The translations under genes and the position numbers were made by a program. 64,000 nt of DNA from an uncultured delta proteobacterium (GTDB lineage Bacteria > Desulfobacterota > WTBG01 > CAIYCZ01), in NCBI GenBank assembly GCA_963803975.1, contig CAWDOY010000016.1, forward strand, positions 32,001 through 96,000, read 5' to 3'. Every line of letters starts with the position of its first letter. Position 1 is the first letter of the stretch. The notes under the pieces are model-generated. The model saw only the letters and a program-made list of their open reading frames with translations. It made no database searches and was not told the DNA's origin. Shown in pieces: positions 25,617 to 35,681 of this stretch.

Positions 25617-25958
25617 TCAGACAGCAGTTTCACCACGCTCGCCGGTACTGATACGTACGGCTGTTTGAACTTCAGACACATAGATCTTTCCGTCACCGCG
25701 CAGCCCCGTATGTGCGTTATGTTGAATAATGGAGATGATGCTGTCTGTTAATTCATCTTGACAGAAAATCTCAATTTTCATATGGGGTACATACTCAACA
25801 AGGTCTTCCACTATGCGATTGCGAGCCCCCTTTGCCCTGCTGCGGCCAAAGCCCTGTACACTGGAGACAGTCAGTCCAGTGAGGCCTTCCAGAGTATTGA
25901 GAGCCATGGCCACCTTCGAAAGCATGTGAGGCTTTATATAAGCTATGATCTGTTTCAT
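25617..25958 (-). CDS. P-II-family protein linked to metal efflux
   Basis: MKQIIAYIKP, GFGR, TGLRGDGKIYVS, RISTGERGETAV. Confidence 0.9.
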   Translation of the reverse strand: MKQIIAYIKPHMLSKVAMALNTLEGLTGLTVSSVQGFGRSRAKGARNRIVEDLVEYVPHMKIEIFCQDELTDSIISIIQHNAHTGLRGDGKIYVSEVQTAVRISTGERGETAV

Positions 25959-25994
25959 GTTGTTTCCTCCTTTATTGTTCGAAAGCAGTTAGAG

Positions 25995-28900
25995 TTATAA
26001 TGTATCCTTGAGAACCTCTTCTTTTTCGATGCGAGCGTCTGCTCTGGTTTCAAACCAATCATAAAGAGTTGGTAACACGATCAAGGTGAGCAGGGTCGAG
26101 GTTATGAGACCACCCATCACAACCACCGCAAGAGGTTTCTGGATGTCTGCTCCTGACCCGGTGGCGTAGAGCATCGGGAAGTGACCGATGAAGCTAACCA
26201 GAGCGGTCATCAGAAGAGGACGAAACCGGAGGTTACAGCCGGTCGTGACTGTTTCATCCACGCTTTTACCCTCGGCACGAAGCTGACGGAAGAAAGCAAC
26301 CAGCACCACGCCATTCTGGACTGCAATGCCAAGGAGAACGATGAACGCTACTGCTGATGAAACAGATAGATTCATACGGAAGACCCACACGGCGATAATA
26401 CCCCCTACTAAGGCAAACGGCAGGTTGAGCACCACCAGCAAGGAGTCTCGCAATGACCCGAGGGCAAGATAGAGGAACAAAAGAATCAGGAGCAGGGCAA
26501 TGGGAACCACGATCGAGAGGCGCTGCATCGCCCGCTGCTGGTTTTCAAACTGTCCTCCGAACTCAAGAAAGTACCCCGGGGGTAACTCAGATTCAATGCG
26601 TGCCAGGGCCTGTTTCGCCTCAGCGACGAAACCGCCCAGGTCTCTTCCGCGGATGTTAGCTTCGGCTGCCACGCGACGCATGCTTTTTTCCCGGCTGATC
26701 TGGGCCGGTCCCTCCACGGTGGAGATTTTGGCAACCCGGCTCAGTGGTACCCTCTCCCCGGCAGCCCCGCGCAATATAAGCCGTTCCAGGGATGAAATAT
26801 CAGATCGTTCCGCGTCAGGGAAGCGAACCACGGTCGCGATACGCTGCTGACCGTCAACTACCCTGGTAGCCTCCTTTCCAGCTATTGCGGTTTCAATCAA
26901 TTCGTTAACATCAGAAACATTAATGCCATAGCGGGCCAGTTCCTGTCGGTTGAGAGTAATTTCGACCTGTTCCATGCCGGAAACCTGTTCCACCCTAACA
27001 TCCTGTGCGCCTCGAAGTCCTGTGAGTACTCCTGCTATACGGTCTGCATAGTCCTTGAGCTTTTTAATGTCTGATCCATAGACCTTTACCGCCAGATCAC
27101 TTTTCACCCCGGAGATAAGCTCGTTCACACGCAGGGCAATAGGCTGAGAAAATGATAGGCGAAGCCCTGGAACGACAGATAGCTCCTTTTGCAAAGCTTC
27201 CACAAGTTCCGCTTTGTTTCGACCAGTTTTCCACTCTTTCCGAGGCTTCAACATGATAAATATATCAGTTTGCTCCGGTCCCATCGGATCCTCGGAGATT
27301 TCCGCACGTCCTGTCTTGCTCACCACGGTGGTAACCTCAGGGAAACCAGCAAGTATTCTCTTTTCCATGAAAGTTCCAACGTCCTTGGATCCATCAAGTG
27401 AAGCATTCGGCAGCCGCACGGCATTAATTGCTATGGCTCCCTCATCGAGGTCCGGCATAAACTCTGTTCCGATCCTTGTTGCTATCAACCCGGCTGCGAT
27501 AAGGGTAATAAGAGATATTGATAAGGTAACGCTCTTTCGTCTTCTGGCAGCCGCAAGAAAATTCAGATAACCTTCATGAAAGCGACGCACAAGCCGGAAC
27601 TGTTTTTCATGTGACTGTTTCAGGATTATCTCAGACAGAACCGGCACGATGGTTAAAGCCACAATCAGAGAGATGAACATGCAAATTATCATTGTCAACG
27701 CAAGCGGCATGAACATCTTTCCCTCGATTCCCTGCAGCGTAAATAGGGGCACCAGCACGACCATAATAATCATGATTGAGAATGTTACGGGACCTGCCAC
27801 TTCCAACACCGATTGTATGGTTACCTGCCGGCGAAGAGCCGGGTCACGGTGCTCTGCGAAGTGGCGGCGGATGTTCTCCGTAATGACGATCGAGGCGTCC
27901 ACAACCATGCCCACTGAAAAGGCAAGACCCCCAAGGCTCATTAAATTTGATGTGAGTCCTATCCCTCCCATTATTGGAAATGTTAAAAGGTAGGTAAGCG
28001 GCAGGGAAACAACCACTATAAGAGCTGTGCGGAGCTCGGCCAGGAAGAGGAAGAGTACCAGAATCACGAAAATTCCTCCTTCCAGCAGTGCATCAACCAC
28101 GGTCTTAATACATGCCTCTATCAAAAATGTGCGGTCATAGAATACGTTGATGCGGGCGCCTTGGGGGAGGCTCTTCTGGATCTTTGGTATAGCTTCCTTC
28201 ACGCGTGAGACAACATCTCTGGAATTCTCATCGCGCAGCATGATGACCATGCCGGCCACAGCTTCCCCTTTGCCATCGCGGGTGACTGCACCCTGACGGG
28301 GCTGAGGACCTATGACAACATCAGCAACGTCTCTAACATATACGGGTGATCCATTCTGAGCCTTGAGGACGATACTGTCAATATCCTCTGTGCTCGTAAG
28401 CAGGCCCAATCCTCTGATGTATGTCTGCTCCCACCCACGGACGATGAAGCCACCAGCCGCATTGGCATTGTTTTTCTCAATCGCCTCTACTACATCCCGG
28501 AGCGTCAGGTCATACTTCAGCAGAGCGTCTGGCCTGACCAGAACCTGATATTGTTTGACGAATCCGCCGAAGCTGTTAACCTCGTTTACTCCAGGGATTG
28601 GTTTTAGTTGGGGAGTTACTATAAAGTTCTGAATGGTTCTCAGTTCCAGGGGAGAGAGAGTCTCGCTCTCCAGGGTGTATTGAAATATCTCTCCAAGTCC
28701 GGTGCTGGTAGGCCCCAGCTCTGGTTCTGCAAAAGAGGGCAAACTCTCCTTTGCTGTCTGGAGCCGCTCAAACACCTGCTGCCGTGCAAAATAGATGTTC
28801 GTATTATCTTCAAAAACCACAATGACCTGCGACAGGCCGGCTTTTGAAAGGGAACGGACCTGATTGACCTTGGGTACGCCGCCCATCTGCTGCTCAATCG

Positions 28901-29099
28901 GATAGGTTACCTGTTGCTCCACGTCCACAGATGAAAGACCGGGTGCCTCGGTCAAAATCATGACCTGAACATTGGTCACGTCCGGGAAAGCATCGATGGG
29001 AAGCTTCGTCCACGCGATTGCACCTGCGACAATAAGAATACCGGTAAGGGCCAGTACCAGCACCCGCCGATGAAGAAGAAACTCGATAAATTTATGCAT
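25995..29099 (-). CDS. czcA: CzcA/CusA-family heavy-metal RND pump
   Basis: IDAFPDVTNVQV, GLGEIFQY, VDASIVITEN, RFRPLLMTA; 1034 aa. Confidence 0.93.
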   Translation of the reverse strand: MHKFIEFLLHRRVLVLALTGILIVAGAIAWTKLPIDAFPDVTNVQVMILTEAPGLSSVDVEQQVTYPIEQQMGGVPKVNQVRSLSKAGLSQVIVVFEDNTNIYFARQQVFERLQTAKESLPSFAEPELGPTSTGLGEIFQYTLESETLSPLELRTIQNFIVTPQLKPIPGVNEVNSFGGFVKQYQVLVRPDALLKYDLTLRDVVEAIEKNNANAAGGFIVRGWEQTYIRGLGLLTSTEDIDSIVLKAQNGSPVYVRDVADVVIGPQPRQGAVTRDGKGEAVAGMVIMLRDENSRDVVSRVKEAIPKIQKSLPQGARINVFYDRTFLIEACIKTVVDALLEGGIFVILVLFLFLAELRTALIVVVSLPLTYLLTFPIMGGIGLTSNLMSLGGLAFSVGMVVDASIVITENIRRHFAEHRDPALRRQVTIQSVLEVAGPVTFSIMIIMVVLVPLFTLQGIEGKMFMPLALTMIICMFISLIVALTIVPVLSEIILKQSHEKQFRLVRRFHEGYLNFLAAARRRKSVTLSISLITLIAAGLIATRIGTEFMPDLDEGAIAINAVRLPNASLDGSKDVGTFMEKRILAGFPEVTTVVSKTGRAEISEDPMGPEQTDIFIMLKPRKEWKTGRNKAELVEALQKELSVVPGLRLSFSQPIALRVNELISGVKSDLAVKVYGSDIKKLKDYADRIAGVLTGLRGAQDVRVEQVSGMEQVEITLNRQELARYGINVSDVNELIETAIAGKEATRVVDGQQRIATVVRFPDAERSDISSLERLILRGAAGERVPLSRVAKISTVEGPAQISREKSMRRVAAEANIRGRDLGGFVAEAKQALARIESELPPGYFLEFGGQFENQQRAMQRLSIVVPIALLLILLFLYLALGSLRDSLLVVLNLPFALVGGIIAVWVFRMNLSVSSAVAFIVLLGIAVQNGVVLVAFFRQLRAEGKSVDETVTTGCNLRFRPLLMTALVSFIGHFPMLYATGSGADIQKPLAVVVMGGLITSTLLTLIVLPTLYDWFETRADARIEKEEVLKDTL

Positions 29100-29107
29100 A
29101 GGACCTC

Positions 29108-30466
29108 CTAATCTGCGCAGCCTGCGCCCATCTTTTTGCGCAGAACGTCTGATTTGAGAAGAAACGAGCCGTCAGCAATGATCTTCTGTCCGGAGGTAAG
29201 CCCGTTGCGGATTATTACCTGATCCCCGAAGGTCTCTCCAAGCGTAACCGGACGGCGAATCCAATAGTCACCCTCTTTATGCACAAACACGAAAGTTCGT
29301 CCTTCGTCGGCAAGAACTGCAACTTTTGGCACGGTGACAACATTTTCTCCACCAGGCAGCAGCAGTTTAACATTCACAAACATTCCGGGTCTCAGTAAAC
29401 CTTCAGCGTTGGAGACCGTAATCCGTGCTCTGACAGTGCGAGTCTGCTCGTGCATCATCCCCGAGATAACGTCCAATGTACCTTGATACTTTTTGCCTCC
29501 TGTACCTTGTGCGCTGACCTCAGCAGGGATTTTGCTGCCACTTGGGTTAAGGGTAAGGGCATCAGACTCTTTTAGATTTGCCCACACCCAGACTTCAGAA
29601 AGATCGGATAAAACAAACAGCTCTTTCCCGGATTCCACATACTCGCCGCTATTTACATGCCCTTCGAGCACGGTGCCATTTTGCGAGGCTCTGACAGCGA
29701 TAATTCCGGTCATAGTATTCGTTGCAGAGTTTCCCAGAAGTTCAATCTCTTTACTGGAAAGCCCTGACCGTGTAAGCCGTGTGCGTGTATTAGCCAGCTC
29801 AATCTCAGCTTCAGCTTGCCGTGTCTTGGCTTCCTGCATCTCAACTTCCGCAGAAATTTTCTTGGCAAAAAGGTTTGCCTCTCGTTCTGCGGTCTTTCGC
29901 GCAAGCTGTAAAACGGCCATCTTTTTCAGGTAGTCTGCTTTGGCTTCTGCAACTTCAGGGCTGTCTATCTCGAAGAGAATATCGCCTGCCGAAACCTTTT
30001 GGCCAATGTTGACCATCGTCCTGCGCACAATGCCCGGGAGTGGGCTGGAAACATGGACAGTTTTTGTATCATTAACCTGAACTTCACCGGTGAGGGGGAG
30101 AACCTTTGAAAAGGGCTGGGTTCCAACAAGGGTAGTATTAATAAGACCGGGTTTCTCGTTTTCAGCAATTACTGTTGGGCTGAGCTTGACTGCTCCGAGT
30201 TCATACCGGCATTCATCGCAGGTATAGTGGAGAATATCGTGCTCACATTTTGCGGTCCACATCTCGTCAACCGATCGGTCAAGATCGGATTTTTCCTCGC
30301 CATGTTCAGTTGCTTCAGCCCTGCTGCCGGTTTGTTCTTCAGTGTCCGCCGCCGCAGCTTTTGTAGAAGTTACCTCAGATGTTCCCTGGTTCCTGAAGCC
30401 AATTATCGCAACAACTACTACAAACAAGATGGCTGTAATTATTATCAAATTTTTTCTTTTTTTCAT
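29108..30466 (-). CDS. czcB: RND periplasmic adaptor (CzcB-like)
   Basis: N-terminal anchor, DLSEVWV, TRTVRAR, LRPGMFV. Confidence 0.9.
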   Translation of the reverse strand: MKKRKNLIIITAILFVVVVAIIGFRNQGTSEVTSTKAAAADTEEQTGSRAEATEHGEEKSDLDRSVDEMWTAKCEHDILHYTCDECRYELGAVKLSPTVIAENEKPGLINTTLVGTQPFSKVLPLTGEVQVNDTKTVHVSSPLPGIVRRTMVNIGQKVSAGDILFEIDSPEVAEAKADYLKKMAVLQLARKTAEREANLFAKKISAEVEMQEAKTRQAEAEIELANTRTRLTRSGLSSKEIELLGNSATNTMTGIIAVRASQNGTVLEGHVNSGEYVESGKELFVLSDLSEVWVWANLKESDALTLNPSGSKIPAEVSAQGTGGKKYQGTLDVISGMMHEQTRTVRARITVSNAEGLLRPGMFVNVKLLLPGGENVVTVPKVAVLADEGRTFVFVHKEGDYWIRRPVTLGETFGDQVIIRNGLTSGQKIIADGSFLLKSDVLRKKMGAGCAD

Positions 30467-30478
30467 TGTAACCTCCCG

Positions 30479-31849
30479 TTATGATTTTATATAGTCACCG
30501 ATAAGCCGTTCTATATTGGCTTTTGCTTTATGGTAATCTGCCAGAGCAGTAACGTATTGTCGTTTTATTTCAAAAAACGTCCGCTGCGCATCTATTACCT
30601 GCAAATAACTGAATTTACCCTCTCGATAACCTTCCTGTGCAGCATTAAATGCGCTCTGTGCTCCTGGTAACGCATTCTCTTTCAGTGCTGCTGCTGATAA
30701 GTAGGCAGAGGAGAGTTCTTGATATGCCTGAGCAAGATCGGTGAGGACTTTTATCTGTGCTGCTTTACGTTGTTCCTCTGCTTTGCTTAAATTGTGTCGT
30801 GCTTCCAATCTTTCACCCTGATTGCGGTTAAAAAGGGGAATTGGCATAGAGATCCCCATAACAAATGCCGTGTTATTTGTTTCATTAAAGTATCGCGGTC
30901 CCGCGCCTATGGTAACGTCAGGGATGGCATTGGCATCCTTGAGCTTGATGTCAGCACGGCCTTTTGCAATTTCAGTATCCCAGCGTGCAATATCAGGGTT
31001 CCGGGAAACCAACTTATTTATCTGCTCCTGTTGAGGGATTGGCTCTACCGTATCAAACTCTCCAATAACCTTTTCAAACGCAGGTGAAGAACTTCCCCAG
31101 GTAGCAGCAAGCCTTTTCCGGGCTGTTTCCATTTCCCGTTTAGCCTGTTCCAGTTCGATGCGTATGGTAGTTAAAGCAACCTTAGCCTGGATTTCCTCTA
31201 AAGGAGCGACCTTTCCCGCTTTGACCCTTTCGACAACAGTCGTGTAGACCTGTTCAGATAGTTGAACTAAATCCCTGGTGATTGAAAGACGTTCCTGTGC
31301 TGCAAGGACGTCCCAAAAAGCCTTTGTTATGTCAGTAAACACATCCAGCCGTTTAGCCTCAAAATCCCATCCAGAGAGATCCTTTTCAAGTTCAGAAAGT
31401 TTCTTACGCTTAGAGCGCTTCCCGCCCAGTTCAAACAACTGATTGATTTGTATCGTGTTTTCAGACCCATTAAATCCTTTAAGCTCTCTGGTACCGCCAA
31501 AGTTTTCGACTTCTGCTGAAATCTCTGGGTTAGGTAAAAGTCCTGCCTGAAGTGTTCGGGCTTCTGCGGAACGCACTTCCCAGGAAAACATTATGAGCTC
31601 AGGGTTTTGCATCAAACCGAAGGAGAGGGCCTGATTTAATGTTAGAGCGCCGGTTGGTTCTTCGATCTCAGGAGATTGCCCTATAGAGCCGGATAGCTGT
31701 TGTGGCGGGTGAAAGGTTTTGAACTCATTTCCCAAATGACGCTGCTCTTGCCAGTCTGCTTCTTTGGAATAAGCTTCAGAGCAAAAAAAACTAATAACTA
31801 ATAGTAGTCCAAAGGATAAATACCTTAAGTACATAAAAATCCTCCACAT
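30479..31849 (-). CDS. czcC: TolC-family outer-membrane factor (CzcC-like)
   Basis: AGLLPNP, FELGGKR, IPLFNRNQG, YREGKFSYL. Confidence 0.9.
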   Translation of the reverse strand: MWRIFMYLRYLSFGLLLVISFFCSEAYSKEADWQEQRHLGNEFKTFHPPQQLSGSIGQSPEIEEPTGALTLNQALSFGLMQNPELIMFSWEVRSAEARTLQAGLLPNPEISAEVENFGGTRELKGFNGSENTIQINQLFELGGKRSKRKKLSELEKDLSGWDFEAKRLDVFTDITKAFWDVLAAQERLSITRDLVQLSEQVYTTVVERVKAGKVAPLEEIQAKVALTTIRIELEQAKREMETARKRLAATWGSSSPAFEKVIGEFDTVEPIPQQEQINKLVSRNPDIARWDTEIAKGRADIKLKDANAIPDVTIGAGPRYFNETNNTAFVMGISMPIPLFNRNQGERLEARHNLSKAEEQRKAAQIKVLTDLAQAYQELSSAYLSAAALKENALPGAQSAFNAAQEGYREGKFSYLQVIDAQRTFFEIKRQYVTALADYHKAKANIERLIGDYIKS

Positions 31850-31962
31850 GACACCTTGCAGGTCTTTGATTTTTTACAAAAGAGATCGTATGCAGACAGC
31901 ACAATAATATGCTGACCAGCACGTTTAAAAGGGATAGTTACTTGACGGTGCCAGGGGAAGCT

Positions 31963-32418
31963 TTAAATGATTAGAATAACGGAGGTAATTGAAAGAAGGT
32001 TTTGATTTTGTGGAAATGGAGTAAAGGTAGAAAGAGATGCTTTACATAAACTATTCGCATCGGGCAGGTGTGATAAAAGTAAATTAGTTGCGGTCGGTAT
32101 TCTGATCTCTCGGGTTGAATTTCTCCCAGTATATCTTTCAGCGCTAACAGACAAAGGAATGTCAACACAGGTGTCCATATCAGAATTAATTGATGAAAGG
32201 TTGCTATCTGTAGAAGGACAACAGCCTTCATTAGCAATGGGCGATGATGATTTAAAGCACTGATTATTTAAAAGATACTCTATCTCAAGGTGATCATCCG
32301 CTGCATAGCATAAGACAAGACTCCCCCTATTCCACAGTGGTAGTGGTGACTGAAGGAGATATAAGAATAATATAGCAATAGCTGAGTATTTTTTTGTTTG
32401 CAATTTGTGCGACATCAC
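31963..32418 (-). CDS. Hypothetical Cys/His-containing exported protein upstream of czcC
   Basis: Hydrophobic N-terminus, VLC...DH.EIE, CC, CVDIP; sits where czcI-like genes usually sit. Confidence 0.55.
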   Translation of the reverse strand: MMSHKLQTKKYSAIAILFLYLLQSPLPLWNRGSLVLCYAADDHLEIEYLLNNQCFKSSSPIANEGCCPSTDSNLSSINSDMDTCVDIPLSVSAERYTGRNSTREIRIPTATNLLLSHLPDANSLCKASLSTFTPFPQNQNLLSITSVILII

Positions 32419-32562
32419 TATTTACAAAGAATTAATGATACGAGAAATAATAAATTATGTTTTCAAAACATTATCTATGCTGATTATATATAATATAACA
32501 ATATGGTAGCTGTCAAGTAACAGCTTAAAAACGCATAGAGCAATATCAGTATTCTTGATGTT

Positions 32563-33360
32563 TCATTGTGTTATAGGAAGATTTACTTTTTCAATATAGC
32601 CCTTAAACGAGCCCATGCCGCCGCCCTCGCTCACCTGGCGAAGTATGCCCTGCGGATCAGTGACCACAATCCCGGAAAGAAGCGTAACGTTCTGCGGCTG
32701 AAACACTTCAGGTGCAAGGGGCGTTGTGGCGCCGACGATTGCAACAGCGCGGCAGTTACGGCATGCCTCAAGAAGTCCCGGCAGGGTGTTGTTGAGGATG
32801 GAAGTTGCGGTGATGATGGCGACGGTGCAGGAGGGAAGAAGTGCTGCAGCCTGGTCTTCAGCATACACGCCGGGAGTACCTTTCAACAGTGCTTCAAATA
32901 CCAGCAGCTCTTTTACTTTTGGTTTAAGCACCGGCATGAGCGGAGGGAAATAGCCGACCATTCCCACCCGGTCGTCCGTGCCGCAGGCCAGCACGTCAAG
33001 AATATCTCCCGCGAGCAGTTCTTCACGGTTACGGTTTATCAGCGCATTTGCCGTTGCCAGACCGACTGCCCGCTCCAGAAGATCCGGGGATGCGAGATAC
33101 GCGAGGGTTGCAGACGCTGTTTTTCCTGCGACGGGCCGCTTGCCCTGGAAAACATCGCAGCCCGGGGGAAGGTATTCCTTAAAAGTATAGGCAACGCCGG
33201 CAGAACCGTCATCAAGAAGCACGGCCGTGTAGCACAGGCCGATACGCACATCTGCTACGGTGCGGTCATGAGCCGGGCCTGCGGCATATTCCCTGAGTTG
33301 TTGCAGAATCATAGGTTGATTATTGTTTGCAGTATGCTGTTCAGGCCACGCCCTGGGCAT
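32563..33360 (-). CDS. DUF364 / Rossmann-like putative metal-chelation protein
   Basis: RIGLCYTAV, RAVGLATANA, VGMVGYF.P, ITATSILNNTL, GATTP; start may be the internal MILQQ. Confidence 0.8.
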   Translation of the reverse strand: MPRAWPEQHTANNNQPMILQQLREYAAGPAHDRTVADVRIGLCYTAVLLDDGSAGVAYTFKEYLPPGCDVFQGKRPVAGKTASATLAYLASPDLLERAVGLATANALINRNREELLAGDILDVLACGTDDRVGMVGYFPPLMPVLKPKVKELLVFEALLKGTPGVYAEDQAAALLPSCTVAIITATSILNNTLPGLLEACRNCRAVAIVGATTPLAPEVFQPQNVTLLSGIVVTDPQGILRQVSEGGGMGSFKGYIEKVNLPITQ

Positions 33361-33386
33361 CCGGGAGCGCCCTCTGAATCAGTCAT

Positions 33387-33851
33387 TTAGTTGGCGCTGC
33401 CCTTTGACTCATAATTTTTTATTGCTGCCTGCAGCGCGGCAATGCCTGAGAGAGAGCAGCTTTTGCTCATTTCAGGGACCCCTTCAAGCGCGATAATAAT
33501 GTCATCATCAGTGAGCTGCTTTGCTTCTTCAAGGGTCTTTCCCCGGGCAAGCTCGGTACACATGCTGCTTGCCGCAATCGCTCCGGCACAGCCATTGGAT
33601 TTAAATTTAATGTCCTGTATCTTTCCCGCTTCAACTTTAATCCAGAGTTCCATCTGGTCCCCGCACTCGGGATCGCCAATGAGGGCCGCCCCATCGGCTT
33701 CCGGAATCTCGCCGATATTCCGGGGGTTGGTCGAATGCTCCTGCACCAGCTCATTATAAAAAAGTATGGGCCCTTCCGGTATTAGAAACTCTTCTTCCGG
33801 CTCCGGCTCTTTTCTGTAGAGGTCCATCCAGTCATCAGATTTTTTGTTCAT
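33387..33851 (-). CDS. NifU/IscU-type Fe-S scaffold
   Basis: H..NPRN.G, ECGD, GCAGAIAASS, third Cys in KSCS. Confidence 0.9.
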   Translation of the reverse strand: MNKKSDDWMDLYRKEPEPEEEFLIPEGPILFYNELVQEHSTNPRNIGEIPEADGAALIGDPECGDQMELWIKVEAGKIQDIKFKSNGCAGAIAASSMCTELARGKTLEEAKQLTDDDIIIALEGVPEMSKSCSLSGIAALQAAIKNYESKGSAN

Positions 33852-33914
33852 ACCTTACCTGTCACCTCATGCCGTTAAAAACGTATCAGTCGCTGCCTTC
33901 GCCGAAGGCAGGGA

Positions 33915-34151
33915 TTATATGCTTCACCCGCCTCCCGGTTTTGTGCTGCAGGACGGACTGTAGCAGGTCTCCTGCGTGCCGCAGTCGGAGCCGCTGGTCT
34001 CAGCGTTTCCAATTGATGGCGCGGACAGCAGCTTTTGCAGGTCAGCGCTGCTGCACTTTTTGCATTGCAGCGGATCGCTGTGGCCGCCGATAGTGGTTAA
34101 AATCTCGGACACCGCGCCACAGGTCCGGCATTTATATTCATAGATTGGCAT
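33915..34151 (-). CDS. FmdB-family zinc-ribbon protein, possibly with C-terminal selenocysteine (otherwise ends at 33924)
   Basis: MPIYEYKCRTCG...CKKC; RBS AGGAGG; TGA-AGC-ATA-TAA followed by a hairpin. Confidence 0.85.
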
Positions 34152-34237
34152 TGTGCTTATCACCTCCTGTCAGTTGTTGATAATAACATTTTTCCCGCTA
34201 TTGCTCAAGGTTTAGCTGCTGGTTACGGGCATGCCCC

Positions 34238-34857
34238 TTATTCCGCTCTCTTCCACACATCCTTGGTTGTGCCCTCGGTGGGGTGGATATGGAGAAAAAT
34301 TATCTCATCCGGCTCAACGCGGATGAAGTTGAAGCGCCGGACGATCTCCATGACCTCTGCCTGCAGTTCCTCTGCAGAGGCTGACCCTTCCCGGGGCCGC
34401 TCCTGCATCATCTTCTCAATCGCCTGAAAGATGCCGAACTGCTGTGCCCGCGCCACGACTTCTTCTTTATTATTATTTACATTAAACAGAGTGGCGGTTC
34501 CCTGTATTTGCAGGCTGCGATTGAGCTTGCTGTGGTCCATGGGGTGATAAATGCCGACCGCCACTAGGGGGTTTGAGCGGATGTTGCGGATTTTCAGGCC
34601 CGGTTCACCCGCAATCCAGATGGTCAGCCCGTCGCTGAAAAAATCAACCGGTGTTGCCCGCGGGATATTGTCATGAATGGTTGCCAGCACGCAGGCAAGG
34701 CCATGGTTAAGAGGGCAGCCAGGCTTGGTTGAAGTTCCGGGCTTGGAGCTTGCCTCATGGAGAAATTCCCGTATCTCCCTGTTCCAGCTGTTCCCTGCTT
34801 TTGGTGCTGTTTCTGAATACCGGCGATAGCTTCCGCATTCTTTTCCGCTGCGCTCAT
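34238..34857 (-). CDS. Pyridoxamine 5'-phosphate oxidase-like FMN-binding protein, N-terminal frameshifts
   Basis: CVLAT...PRATPV, KIRNIRSNP.V, SLQIQG; RBS-preceded ATG 34857 is out of frame with the body. Confidence 0.7.
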
Positions 34858-34883
34858 AGGGACTCCTTCTGTGTACTGTATGG

Positions 34884-35522
34884 TTAGCGTTCTGTTGCAT
34901 ATTTCATTTTCCAGGCATTCATGCCGCCGATCACGCTGTAGACATGGGCAAACCCGAGGGACTTGAGGTGTGAGCCGGCAATGTTTGAGCGGTAGCCTGC
35001 TGCGCAGACAACGCTGATATGGGTTTCTCTGTCCATGTCAAGTCCCTGTTTTATCAGCAGGGAAAGAGGGATGTGCACAGCCCCCGCAATGTGACCCTGC
35101 CGCCATTCATCATCCGTCCGCACATCAAGCACCCGGTGATCCGAATATTTTTCAAGCACCCGTTTCAGGCCGTGGATTGAGAGCTGCGGCAGAAACCCGG
35201 TTTCCTCGCCCTGAAAAACCCATTCCATAATCCCGATGCTGTATCCCGCGATGCGGGTATAGCCGGCCCCGGTGAACTGCGCTGCGGCCTGGTCAATATC
35301 CTGTTTGCTGTTTGCCAGAAGCGCTATCTCCTGCTCCGGCTCAACGGCAATTCTCAGCCAGTTGACCGACTGCGGGGTCAGGCCGATGTTGATGCTTCCC
35401 GGGATGTGGGCAGCGCCAAAGGAAGGCGCATCGCGCAGATCAATAATAGTTTTGCCGGCAGCAACAAATGCTTTCAACTCTGCGTGGCCGAACTGCGCTA
35501 TTTGAGGAAGATTTTTTTCCAT
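34884..35522 (-). CDS. Tandem rhodanese-domain protein
   Basis: IDLR...HIPGS; LDVR...GHIAGA, CAAGYRS, GGMNAW. Confidence 0.9.
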   Translation of the reverse strand: MEKNLPQIAQFGHAELKAFVAAGKTIIDLRDAPSFGAAHIPGSINIGLTPQSVNWLRIAVEPEQEIALLANSKQDIDQAAAQFTGAGYTRIAGYSIGIMEWVFQGEETGFLPQLSIHGLKRVLEKYSDHRVLDVRTDDEWRQGHIAGAVHIPLSLLIKQGLDMDRETHISVVCAAGYRSNIAGSHLKSLGFAHVYSVIGGMNAWKMKYATER

Positions 35523-35616
35523 AGCGAGCCCCCTTTTGTTTTGTGTATTACATTATGTACGAATATTTAAACAAATCAATCGAATCTTTGTGGTCAGCGA
35601 GGTGTTCATCTTAAGT

Positions 35617-35653
35617 AAAAATGGCGGAAAGAGTCACTTGCTCTTCCGCCATT
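35617..35653 (-). terminator. Terminator after ferredoxin
   Basis: AATGGCGGAA(A)GAG / CTCTTCCGCCATT inverted repeat with an A run on the + strand. Confidence 0.7.
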
Positions 35654-35681
35654 CTGCTTTTTAACAGGTTGCTGGTGCTTT

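Noticed and set aside
32566..33390. Long antisense ORFs (also 1646-2380, 16143-16979, 40199-41005, 51515-52276)
   Set aside because: They shadow well-supported genes on the opposite strand and show no motifs.
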